Shown here: piece after piece, positions 35,025-46,456 of the stretch | Layout of the letters: each line of letters begins with the position of its first letter | Position numbering within the stretch: position 1 is the stretch's first letter | From: Octopus sinensis | Taxonomy: Eukaryota | Length of the DNA stretch: 46,456 nucleotides | NCBI RefSeq assembly: GCF_006345805.1 | Contig: NW_021834815.1 | Location: 1-46,456 of the forward strand | Direction: 5' to 3' | Translations under genes and position numbers: made by a program | The notes under the pieces: model-generated | Database searches by the model: none | Told to the model about the DNA's origin: nothing | The model's input: only the letters and a program-made list of their open reading frames with translations

Positions 35025-35672
35025 AAATACGGCACATTATCCTTTATTAGATTCATAAAACCTACATTATTTAGCTTTCCATCAACTTTAACTAGAGGGC
35101 CAACACCAAAGCTACTAAATGCCGTCCCCACCATCACCCCCCCGCTTGCGTCGTCTTTTTCACGCATTTCAGATGGAATTCCTCGGTTGGGCGACGTCTG
35201 ACATATGTTTTACAATCTGATCCGAATATTCAGAAGCGTGACTCGTCACTCCAAAGGACCCTGCACCAATCTTCGGCTGTCCATTGAGCATGGCTTTTTG
35301 CTAAATTAAGACGTTTGAGTTGATTTTTTCATGTAGTCCAAATTCTCTCAAACGGTTGCGGACGGTTTATGGTGTAAAAATAACACCACTCTCGTTGGAC
35401 AATTGTTTACAAATGTCAACGTCTGTAAGCATTCAGTTGCCTTCCGAAAGTCGGTGGATTCGACTGTCCAACTGCGCCATCGTTTTTCTTGGGGCGCCAG
35501 TCCTTTGCCGATCTTTATATTGACCAGTCTCCGAAAATAATTTCCACGCTTGCACGCAAGCCGTTTTACTGCATTTTAGTAGTTTGCAGATGTTCGAAAA
35601 GGAAACTTTTTGCTGCTGGAATAACACGATTTTTGCTCTCTTGACTGGACAGAGGCTACGTTTCTAGCCCTA
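35025..35672 (-). pseudogene. Tc1-family transposase fragment
   Basis: ETGQYKDRQRTGAPRKT (HTH/GRPR-like), then AQWTAEDWCRVLWSDESRF*IFGSD…YVRRRPTEEF and GVGPLVKVDGKLN. The first catalytic D is present; the rest is lost. Confidence 0.88.
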
Positions 35673-35716
35673 TTTTCCTTCTTAGGTGGAAGGTGAAGAA
35701 ATTCACCAACCCAGGA

Positions 35717-37450
35717 CTAGAGATAAAAATGCCTGTTATTAAACCTTTTATTCGCGTCTTTCCAAATCACCTTTCTTGCAATTACTACTACGATGAGAAA
35801 GCAATTCTTACCTTCTTTCGATAGGAAATCCGGTGGGTCAATTTTTACTATTGGCTCAGTCGATAACTGTACTCTTCCTGTACTAGACAATAGTTGTTCG
35901 GCATAAGCCCACACATCTGAAACCACCGAACACTGAACAATAGCATGCGGGACGGATTCCCTGACTCGCCCACATCTTGGACAGGTCGGTGGGTTAGGGC
36001 CACCATGATTGCGAGTTTGTCCTGGACATGTAAGGCTCCTCGGTAACATTGCCATACCAAAGACGTCTAGAAGTTATCCAGTGTCTTCGGCCCGAATGTA
36101 TGTTGGAACAGATTGGGCAGCTGATTATTGTCAAGACATAGGGCTTCCCCAAGCTATCGTCACATTTCGCCTCTACCAACCCTCTATAGAAGAATGTGGT
36201 AGAACCACTACCGCAGGTGTTGCCCGAGAGATGGAATATCCGGAGAGCCTTACGACACTCCGTACACCATGTACCCAACTTCGATCTACGATAGAACCAG
36301 ATCTCCAGTCCACCGAAGCAAGTGAACTTGGGAAACAACTGTTTCGCCAGCGAAACCACACCCGATCACCATCCAGATGGAGCCACAGATGCCTCAACCT
36401 CAGCGCGTGCCTGCGCATCATCAGCCAAGGCATCCCTAGCCCACCCTTTAACGGTTGTTGGCAGCAAATAGAGCGTCTCACAAGCGTATTCGAACCCTTC
36501 CACAAGAAGCGGAAGAGCTGCCTTTCCAGCTTGCTCAACCACGAATCAGGGCAGGGAACGACGGTTAGGCGATAGGTGATGACCCATGTGATGAACACAT
36601 TGGCCACCTCCGCTCTCCTTGGCTCAATTTTCGCAGCAATGGCTCAAGAGCCATTACATACAAAAGCTGGAAGAGAGGACACCCTTGACGAACCGAGCAT
36701 TTGAAGCTGAGCGGCTTAGATAAAAAGCCGTTCACCTGAACTTCCGAGTCGATGTTGTTATAAATTTCAATGATCCACCTGAGGAAGCTAATACCCAGGC
36801 CGAACTGTGCCAGAACGGACACCAGGTAATGATGGTTTACCCTATCAAAAGCCTTTGATTGGTCTAAATCAACCACTGTCCCTCCCTTACAAGAATCATT
36901 ATGAAACCCTTTCTACAATGTACTGTAGAAGATGGAGATTATCCTGAATGGTTCTACCGGGAAACGGCACATGCCTGTGCCTTCCCGATCAAGCCATCCG
37001 CGACACGCGGTGCGCCATAGCCTCAATTACCTCCATAGGCGTGATCGGCCATTCACAACACTGCGCTCATACCAGCTCCGCGTCAAGCTCCGAGAGGCGC
37101 TGCCCCGGCGAGGAATCTTTAGGTGCCTCTTCTGTCCGGTCCGCTTCCCCCACCCCGAAAAGCTGGGTGAAGTGTTCCTGAAAGACCCACACAATCTCTT
37201 CGGGCTCGTTTATCAACTTACCTCTTTGGTTCATCAAAGATCGAATTGTGCCATCGTTGCCACGTTGGGCTTCCACCACTCGGGCCCATCCTGCTGCCTT
37301 GATTTTTTCACAACCCAATGTACGAATCCTGGCTCCAACAATACAACCCATATGTTGGGCTTCGAGATGCTGGTTTAACGCCAGTCTTTTGGCCGTCACC
37401 TGAGCTGCAGAGCCAGATTCCATTGCTTCTCGAAGTCCTTAACTAAGCTA
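35717..37450 (-). pseudogene. L1/Tx1-like ORF2, decayed and internally deleted
   Basis: LDQSKAFDRV, SVRQGCPL, KGGLGMP and the C-terminal CPRC…ESVPHAIVQC in shifting frames. The YADD segment is absent. Confidence 0.88.
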
Positions 37451-37466
37451 ATCCCTTCCTAGTATA

Positions 37467-37700
37467 TCTATATATATAAAACTGAGAATGTGTGTCTGTC
37501 TGTCTGTCTGCCTAGCTGCCTGTCTGTCTGTCTAGCTGTCTGTCTGTGTGTGTGAATCCCTAAAACTTAAGAACTACACAACCAATTTCATTCAAATATA
37601 ACACATGTCTTACTTAGGGTCCATGTAGTGTCATGGGCAAAAAAATGTTTAACTTCTTGCCTAGGGCGGGCCAACAGCAATATCATATCTTCTCCACTTA
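37467..37700 (+). mobile_element. Helitron-like non-autonomous 5' segment
   Basis: TCTATATATATAAAACTGAG start, (TCTG)n tract and AACCAATTTCATTCAAAT motif; homologous to 34829-34955. Confidence 0.55.
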
Positions 37701-37745
37701 CGTGTTAAAAGTGAAATAAAAATATCTCTCTATTGCATGTATATA

Positions 37746-37776
<31 letters not shown>

Positions 37777-37984
37777 GCATATATATATATGGATGTATAT
37801 ATATATATATATATATACATGTATATATATATAGATGTATATGTATAGCTGTATATGTATAGATGTATTTCTATAGATATACATGTATATGTATACATGT
37901 ATGTCTAGATGTATATATATATAGATGTACATGTAATATATACACCCATATACACCCCCACCCCCTCTCACACACACATACATA

Positions 37985-39375
37985 GTCCAGAGAGCAGAAA
38001 ATGCCATTATATATGGCCTTCATTGATCTGACAAAGGCCTTTGACTTGGTAAGTAGAAAAGGCCTCTTCATCCTGCTCAAAAAAATCGGATGTCCACGAA
38101 AGCTGCTGAGGATCATCAAATCTTTCCATGATGATATGCAAGGCACCATACAGCACAATGGTTCAACATCAGCCGCCTTCCAAATAAAAAACGGGGTAAA
38201 GCAAGGTTGTGCCCTTGCTCCTACATTATTTAGCATCTTCTTCTCGCTGCTGCAGTCACATGCCTTTCAGGCATCAGATGATGGAGTGTTTCTGCACAGT
38301 AGAAGTGACGGGAAACTGTTCAATCTCTCGCGTCTGCGTGTCAAGACCAAAATCAGAAGCATCCTGATCAAGGAGGTGCTATTTGCTAATGATGCCGCCT
38401 AGTATCACACACAGAAGAAGCCCTACAAACTGTTTTGAGAAAGCATGTAGCGACTTTGGCTTAGTTATCAGCCTCAAGAAGACCAGCATCATGGGTCAGG
38501 CTACATCGGACATCCCAAACATACATATTGGAGACCACAGACTACAAGAGGTGGAGAAGTTTACCTATCTTAGCTATACCGTCACCTACAACATATCCAT
38601 TGATGCTGAGCTCAAAATACGCATTGGCAAAGCAGCTGCTGTGATGGCCCAACTATCCAAACGGGCATGGGACAACAATAAGCTGACCAAGACTACAAAA
38701 ATGAAGATTTACCAGGCATGTATACTTAGCACTTTACTGTATGGAAGTGAGACTTGGACGCCATACACACACCAAGAGCGTCGCCTAAATATCTTTCACC
38801 TGCGCTGCCCCCGGAAAAACCTTCGTATCAAATGGCAGAATTATGTCCCCAACAAAGATGTCCTCAAGCATGCAGGAATACCAAGCATGTTTGCACTCCT
38901 CACACAAAGACGTATGAGATGGCTTGGATATGTTAGCTGTATGGAAGATGGCAGAATCCCCAAGGACATACTCTACAGAGAGCTTGCTAGGGGCACTAGG
39001 TCTGTAGGAAGACCATTCTTATGATTTGCAAAAGGGACATGAATGCCTGCAACATCAATATTACCAACTGGGAAGCAGTTGCCAGCAACCGTGGAGATTG
39101 GCGACGTACCGTAAAAGAGGGAACACAAAGAGTGACATAGAGAGAGAGGAGAAATGGAAAGACAAGAAAAGACGTCAACAAGAAAGTATGACATTACAAC
39201 CAGCCAGGCAAAGTTTTCGCTACATTTGCGGCACCAGCCAGAGGGAGTGTTTGTCCAGGATAGAACTACACAGCCACAGCAGGAGATGTATTAGGACATG
39301 AAATGTAAAAGCCGGACTAGATTATTTTATGCGCAACTCCATTGTCTCCCGAGACGAAAAGGAGGCCAACAACAA
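37985..39375 (+). mobile_element. RTE/BovB-like LINE, second 5'-truncated copy with frameshifts
   Basis: ORFs 38001..38402, 38383..39024 and 39026..39301 align with 15955..17655 (about 12 differences in the first 133 aa). The 3'UTR matches 15886-15954. TA/CA repeats lie on both sides. Confidence 0.95.
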
Positions 39376-39675
39376 TATATATGGATTTCATAGACAGGAA
39401 CTGAAACAAATCAATCGTATATACATATGTATGTATATATGTAAGTGTATGTGTGTGTCTTTGTCTCTGTGTTTCGCCCTCATCACTGCTTCACAACTGC
39501 TGTTCATTTATTTACATCCACTTAACTTACTGGTTTCACAAGAACAAACTAATAGAATAAGTACCAGGCTTATCAACATAAAAAAGCACTAGGCTGTGTC
39601 TCATATTTTTGTTTACCCACCCAGTTGTATCTATCAATTTATGTTTGTATGTGTGTGTGTATACATCTACATCTA

Positions 39676-39712
<37 letters not shown>

Positions 39713-39720
39713 CTCTCTCG

Positions 39721-39787
<67 letters not shown>

Positions 39788-40979
39788 TGTATGTAATATA
39801 TACATATATATATATATATATAACACACCTAATGGGAGCCTTAACTCCCAAATTTTAGTCATTTCTTTTATGATCCAAAACTAGGTCAAAAGTACTGAAT
39901 GGATCTTTATGAAATTGGGAAATTATATTCTATGCATAAGGGCCATAACCCCCATGACAAATCATGTATTTTTGCTGTTGAGGAAATTTTAACCATAGAT
40001 ATTAGACACAAATGAAGTAATATTTATAACACTTCATCTTCTTACAAGCTATAAAGACCCCTCCATGGGGACTTAGCTACAATTTTGTCATTTTATCTAA
40101 GCAAAAACGAATTCAGTTATGCTCTTGGAAGCTGAAGGGTTACCCGAGCATAAAAGTTGAGCATTATTTCTAATTCAATAGTACAACATTGTAACAGTTT
40201 GCTTTGACATACATTGTGATTTCTGCAATGTGCTGCATAAATTGTCAAGTAAATGAGAGGCATCTTTACCTCCATTGATTCAATTACAAAGTGTTGAGTA
40301 AAGTTATTTGATTGCAGACCTTCTTTCAGTCTTTTTATTATCACTCGGTCACACATAGTCCCCAGATGGTAACATTGATTTCAAGGCCTTCCCAGATGAG
40401 TAACTGGTTATTCAAAGACATTTATAGATTGTAAATTTATTCTGTCCAGTAACATATCATATAGTAATCATTTGCAAACTCCAACTTTCATTTCTCCTTA
40501 GCCCTCACGTCACACAGTTGTTAATGTTTATTTCAGTTGGGTCACGCCCTTTCAATTGCTATAGATTCGTAATGCATCTTAAGGCTGTGCCTGTCACCTG
40601 GATGGTGAGGAATCCTACATTGGGAGTGGTAACGACTAGGGTAGGGTAACTGACTGCTTATTGTGATTATTCGTCTTTTGTTTTCCTGTAGCTTTGCTCT
40701 CTTTTACAAGCCCAGTGAACATATATTTCCTATTTCAAAGAAATTCAAACAATAGATATAAGACCCAAGTTAAAAAGACTCTCAACAATTCAACTTCTCT
40801 GGTTGACATTAAGATGCCCACCCCCAATAGGGGCCCTAACTCTCACATTTTAGAGCTCCATGACCTTCATTTTTCAGGAGCGAAATCTTTTTAACAGGTT
40901 CAATAAGACTGGAATTTTGGAATATGCGCATAAAAATCAGTAGTATGGGATATATGTGGCACGATTACAATTTTTGGGG

Positions 40980-41102
40980 GTTGTGTAAAGAGGGAAATAA
41001 CCTCATCTGTAATTTTGATGAAGTTCGAAACACAGATATTCTAGTTCATTAGAGAAAATATAACAGAAATATAACACGGGTAACGTCGGGTATCTCTGCT
41101 AG
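40980..41102 (+). mobile_element. Helitron-like 3' end
   Basis: ACACGGGTAACGTCGGGTATCTCTGCTAG: a degenerate GC-rich hairpin shortly before a terminal CTAG. Confidence 0.55.
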
Positions 41103-41127
41103 TAATACAATATAATATAATATAAAG

Positions 41128-41670
41128 GCGGCGAGCTGGCAGAGGCGTTAGCGCACCGGGCTAAATACTTAATCCATTTGTCTGTCCTTGTTTGTCCTTT
41201 CTGTGTTTTGCCCCTTGTGGGTAGTAAAAAAATAGGTATTTCGTCTGCCTTTCGGGGTCGACTTAATCCGTTTGTCTGTCCTTGTTTGTCCCCTCTGTGT
41301 TTAGCCCCTTGTGGGCAGTAAAGAAATAAGAAACGTTATCACGCCGGGCGAAATGCGTAGCCGTATTTCATCTGCCGTTATGTTCTGAGTTCAAATTCCG
41401 CCGAGGTCAACTTTGCCTTTCATCCTTTCGGGGTCGATAAATTAAGTACCAGTTACACACTGGGGTCGATGTAACCGACTTAATCCGTTTGTCTGTCCTT
41501 GTTTGTCCTCCCTGTCTTTGGCCCCTTGTGAGTAGTAAAGAAATAGGTATTTCGTCTGCCGTTACGTTCTGAGTTCAAATTCCGCCGAGGTCGGCTTGCT
41601 TTTCATCCTTTTGGGGTCGATAAATTAAGTACCAGTTGCGTACAGGGGTAGATCTAATCGACTGGCCCCT
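41128..41670 (+). mobile_element. SINE family A multimer containing three copies of the 3' module
   Basis: Module TTAATCC…AAAGAAATA at about 41170, 41262 and 41480, each followed by an internal part of the head. Confidence 0.88.
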
Positions 41671-41677
41671 CCCCCAA

Positions 41678-41712
<35 letters not shown>

Positions 41713-41984
41713 AGGTTATGAGAGGTAATGGTGTCATTGGGACCCAAAGGTGTCAGGTAATGCTGAATAAGTGCTATAGATGGACCGTAGTTAAGTTCCA
41801 GGTTCGGTGATTATGCGAATAAGGGATTTAACGTTGGTCATATGTCAGCGTGTGTATATAATTTTTTTTCGTAGTGAGATAAAAACCAAGGCTGTGTAGA
41901 TTTTAGAACATTTATAGGTAAAATCTACACACCCTTGGTTTTTTTTTATCTCATTACGATATATATATATGCTTTTGTATTTAT

Positions 41985-42207
41985 TTGTTTCATTCATTGG
42001 ATTGCCACTGAGTAGAGTCACCGCCTTGAAGGGTTTTAGTCGAAAGAATCGATCCCAGTACTTTTTGGTTTTAGTTTAGCTGCTACTTATATTATCTATT
42101 CATGGTGCCATTGAACGCTGTTGAACTGAGCCCGATACTGAACCCGGAACCATGTGGTTGGGAAGAAAACTTCTCACCACCCACACCCACACTTGAGCTT
42201 ATTCTTA

Positions 42208-42261
<54 letters not shown>

Positions 42262-42500
42262 CTGTTGCCTAAACTTACTACATGGTCACGACTTTTATCT
42301 TTTACTTGTTACAGTCATTAGACTGCGGCCATGCTGGGGTTTAACATTGAAGAATCTTTAGTCGCCCGCACGCACACACGATAGGATTCTTTCAGTTTCC
42401 GTCTACCAAATTCCATCACAAGGCATTGGTCAGCCCGGTATGGAGTAGAAAACACTTACCCACAGTGCTGTGCAGTGGGGTTGAACCCAGAACACAGTCA
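41985..42500 (-). mobile_element. Two degraded SINE family B copies
   Basis: Family blocks at 41985-42180 and 42290-42500. Confidence 0.75.
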
Positions 42501-42509
42501 CGCCTATCC

Positions 42510-42878
42510 CTGTATATAGATATTTTTCAATGACTGTATCGAAGACCCCACTTCGGTCACGAATGACCATGGTATTGCACCCAGAAAGTTCCTCTCCGAA
42601 GGCATAAGTCCGGGCAAGGTTGATTTGTGGAAGACAAGTGGTCGTCCATGCATACCAGTCTCCCCGCTTCACGCCACCGACTTTGACCAAGGTAAAGGCA
42701 AAAGCCGATACAACTTGGTACCAGTATGTCGCAACTTCTTTTCTACAGCTGAGTGAACTGGAACAACACGAAATAAAGTGTCTTGCTCAAGAACACAACA
42801 CACAGTCCGATCCAGGAAACGAACTCACTACCTCATGATTGTGAGCCCGACGCTCTAACCATCGAGCCATGTGCCTTT
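42510..42878 (-). mobile_element. CORE-type tRNA-derived SINE (family C), near full length
   Basis: Minus-strand head AAGGCACATGGCTCGATGGTTAG (A box), GAGTTCGTTTCC (B box) and CORE-like GTGTTCTTGAGCAAGACACTT. Confidence 0.75.
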
Positions 42879-43255
42879 ACAGTATATGTACTACTTAATT
42901 TCATCCAAGCATGCATATAGCGCTTTTGGAACGTGCTTATGTCTATCGATATCGTTAACATGTCAATGTCCTTAGAGGAGTAGTCGCATATCACTCCAGC
43001 TGTGTTAATTGCGAGTGGGCTGATAGACATATTCCTTAATTGCTATAATATTATTAATTCAAGAGCTAGGTCGGTGTGATTCTTGAGCTTTTCAGCTCCC
43101 TTCCGCATAATGCTATCATTATTTGATATTGTGTCCATCACGGTGATGATGATGATGACGACGACGACGATGATGACGATGATGACGATGATGACGATGA
43201 TGATGATGATGACGACGATGATGATGATGATGATAGTGATAATGAACTGAAGGAT

Positions 43256-45196
43256 GTGAGTGAACAAAAATCGGTTGATCAGATTAGACAAATTAAGATC
43301 AAAAAGTGGTTAGAAATGAAGGAACAAAAGGAGATTATAATGGAAATGCGAAAGGAACTGCAGGAAACTACTGGTCCAGAAGAAATACCCATGGAACTGG
43401 AGAATCTATAGAGCTTGGATATGGAGGAAGGGAATCTACTATTTATAGAAAATATTAACGTACCACCAACTAGAGAGTCTCCGGAAGTAATTAACCCAGA
43501 ACAAGCTACTCTCTGCGATAGAATTCTGGAAGTGATGTTCCCTGAAGAAAAGAAAAGGTTACCGACATTGTCATGTCATAGAGCAAAGCTAATATCAGAA
43601 CTCAGGAGAGCGAATGAAGTTGTCATGAGAATTTCAGTTAAGGATACCACGAAGTTAAATTCCTTGATGCATGCCACTACTTATGTCGTTATAGAGACGA
43701 TGGAAATGTTCAGAGAAAAGAAAGTACAAAGAAACAAAGAACCATTCTGGAGAAGGAAAATAGAAGAAAGTATTGATACATGAAGGAAGGATTTAAGTAA
43801 GATCGAAGAAGTAAGGAGAGGAAATATGAGGCACAATGAAAGAGAACAGAATTACATGAAAAAATACCAGACGGTGGATAAGGGCACTCTCTTTAAATCG
43901 GATATGTTAAAACAAAAGATCACAGCGAGTGGAGTTAAGATTGAGAGACACGAGGAAAGATGCCTACGGTTGAAAGAAAATCAACAGCTTAAAACAAATC
44001 TGAATCTGTCCTACGAGATGCTGGACGGAGGAAATAAGGAAGAAGTAGAGTTACCTAAACCCAATGAAGCAATTTCGTTTTGGTGTAAGATCTGGTCAGA
44101 GGATGTCAAACACAACAACAGAATACTCTGGTTCCATAAAGTGGAAGAATTCAAAGACATGGAGATACAGGAGGACATTGTCATCACTTAGGAAGATATT
44201 CAAGCCGGAGTTGGTAAAATGAGAAATTGCAAGGCAGTTGTCCGGAAGTAGTTCAGGGTTTTGGTTTCAAGGTTTTGACGAATTTATGTTGTGAAAGCTT
44301 CTGACTGGAATAATGGGAAAGAAATTGAACGACCAACTTGAAAGAAATGAACTGCAGGTCGATGAACGGAAAGGCTGCAGGAAGGGATCACGAGTAACAA
44401 ACGATCATTTGCTAATTAATAAAGCAATTTTGGGGAACTAAAGGCTGACAAGCCTATCAATGGCTTGGACTAACTATAAGAAGGCATATGATATGGTTCC
44501 TCACTCGTGGATTGTAAAATGCCAGATGATCAGGGCAGCAAAAAATACGATATATATTTTCAAAGATATTATGAGAAACTGAAATACAGTTTTTACAGCA
44601 GGTGGAAGGGAAATTGGACAAGTCGACATCATGTAGGGAAATTTTCAAGGAGACTCTATGTGATCCCTGCTGTTCATTGTTAGTAGGTTACCACTTTCCA
44701 TGGTTCCGAGAAAGAAAGGAGCTCTGGTTACAAACTGTAGAAAAGCATGAGACCAATCAACCACCTGATGTTTACGGACGATGTACAGCTTTACGGAGTT
44801 AGCAGAGGTCAACAGGATGCCTTATTCAAGCCGTACGAACTTTCTTTCACGACATCCAGATAGCATTTGGTATAGATAGGTGCTCTGTCACTGAACAGAG
44901 GTGAAAGCGAAAAGTCGACACCACTTTCAGATGATGAGCGCAAAAGAGAAGTGAACGCAGAGAGTTACATGTGTCTCGGTGTTTTACAATTAGGCCAAAT
45001 GTTGAAGGAGAGACTTTCTTCTGACTATAGCAGAAAATTTTAAAAAAGCGCTATGTAGGTATATGCTGAATGGAAGGAGCCTGATTCGAGGCATTAGCGC
45101 TTGGGTTGTAGGTGTGGTAAGTTACTGCACAGGTGTTGTAGAATAGAAAAAAAGGAAGAACTGGTCAACATGGATATAAAAACTAGGAAGATAATG
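43256..45196 (+). pseudogene. Old, heavily decayed R4-like RT ORF from a different family than 23686-26301
   Basis: EPFWRRKIE…LKQKIT…FWCKIWS, GCRKGSR…HLLINKAI, AW.NYKKAYDMVPHSW, FQGDS and a decayed INHL.FMDD region. Ends at MDIKTRKIM in an (ATGT)n tract; no RLE remains. Confidence 0.8.
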
Positions 45197-45340
45197 TATA
45201 AGTATGTATGTATGTATGTATGTATGTATGTATGATGTATGTATGTATGTATGTATGTATGTATGTATGTGTGTGTGTGTGTGTGTGTATGTATGCATGT
45301 ATGTATGAATGTATGTATGTATGCACGAATGTTATGTACG

Positions 45341-45432
<92 letters not shown>

Positions 45433-45929
45433 ATGTATGTATGCTATGTATGAAAGTACGTACGTATATATGTTTGTATGCATGAATGGTATGTACGTAT
45501 ATATATATATGTTATGTATGTATGTATGCTATGTATGAAAGTACGTACGTATATATGTTTGTATGTATGCGTGAGATGTTAGAGGGAATTGACATACATT
45601 AAGCACAGACTAAAGGTGCCACGCAGTGGGAATGAACCCGGAACCATGTGGTTGGTAAGCAAGCTACTTACCACACAGCCACTCCTGCGCCTTATTTGAA
45701 AGTAAAGACTTCTAAAGATATAGTTTAAACAAAAAATCTTGAGAAACAGATCGGTTGTAACCTTATAACTCACATACGAGTGAAAACCAGTTACTGTGGG
45801 CCTGAGCACACAGCAAAACTGCCCTCCTACCACTTCCTGAAACTAACATAGATGAAGGTGAAGGTGACCTGTTCTCTCAATCCGAAAAAATTCCATACCT
45901 GCAGCCTATAGTATAAAGAATTATATAAA

Positions 45930-46290
45930 TGTAGCGAGCTGGTAGGATAGTTCACACGCCGGGCAAACATGTATACCAGCATTTCGTCCGTCTTCATGTT
46001 CCGAGTTCAAATTCTTTGACAAGGTGGTGCGTTATGTTCTTGAGCAAAACAATTTATCTCACATTGCTCAGCGATCGCTTCGACACCTGGCGCACGTCCG
46101 TCTTCACGTTCCGAGTTCAAATTCTTTGACAAGGTGGTGCGTTATGTTCTTGAGCAAAACAATTTATCTCACATTGCTCAGCGATCGCTTCGACACCTGG
46201 CGCATAGTCCACCCTTCATGTGTCCAGGCAATGTCGATTTGATGGAGGGAGTGTGCTAATGTACGGCACATACATTTGATCACTACAAAC
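45930..46290 (+). mobile_element. Chimeric SINE (family A head + CORE-type body) with a 110-bp tandem duplication
   Basis: 45985-46094 is repeated at 46095-46204 with one mismatch. Confidence 0.75.
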
Positions 46291-46456
46291 AAATCATTTG
46301 TGCAAATTGTTCAACTTCGACGGGTAAGTCCATCATTATTATCATCATCATCATCATAGAGGTTAGACAGCAGACTCTTTAGCGCATCGGACGCAAAGCT
46401 TAGAGGAAATTCCTTCCGGCTCTCTTTTACTCTTTTACTTGTTTGGAGCACCGCCT

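Noticed and set aside
40100-40430. Possible Helitron helicase remnant (GLPEHK, FCN, THS…SR)
   Set aside because: Similarity is too vague and broken by stops to support without a profile search.
41128-41670. CRISPR-like or prokaryotic repeat array
   Set aside because: Repeats are SINE modules with homologous intervening sequence, no cas genes are present, and the context is eukaryotic.

Overview
This is repeat-saturated, AT-rich eukaryotic non-coding DNA. It is most likely from a coleoid cephalopod (Octopus-like); I infer this from the tRNA-derived SINE families and microsatellite style and did not verify it by search. I could not identify any host protein-coding exon. Most ORFs in the track are microsatellite read-throughs or SINE artefacts. 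The real coding sequence is all transposon-derived: an R4/Dong-like RLE LINE (one 2.6-kb copy plus two tandem 3' fragments), an older decayed R4-like copy, two RTE/BovB-like LINE copies, a decayed L1/Tx1-like ORF2, a probable Tx1-like ORF1 remnant, and Tc1, mariner and Penelope-like fragments. Non-coding repeats include a pogo/Tigger-like MITE, Helitron-like termini and roughly 30 SINE pieces. The most interesting signals are RNA-structural. There are four type I minimal hammerhead ribozyme motifs from different repeats. One sits behind a tRNA-Thr-derived Pol III head, a candidate ribozyme-bearing SINE (20836-21088, minus). Another has a compensatory U3-A8 catalytic core at the tip of a 133-nt rod (18924-19056). 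Also notable: retroelements sorted by microsatellite target, an unexplained ~0.5-kb AAT-flanked element found next to the Dong-like copies at both loci, SINE multimers with a recurring junction, and a pre-miRNA-like hairpin plus a CpG-rich candidate promoter in a SINE-free zone. All family assignments come from motif recognition, not database searches.
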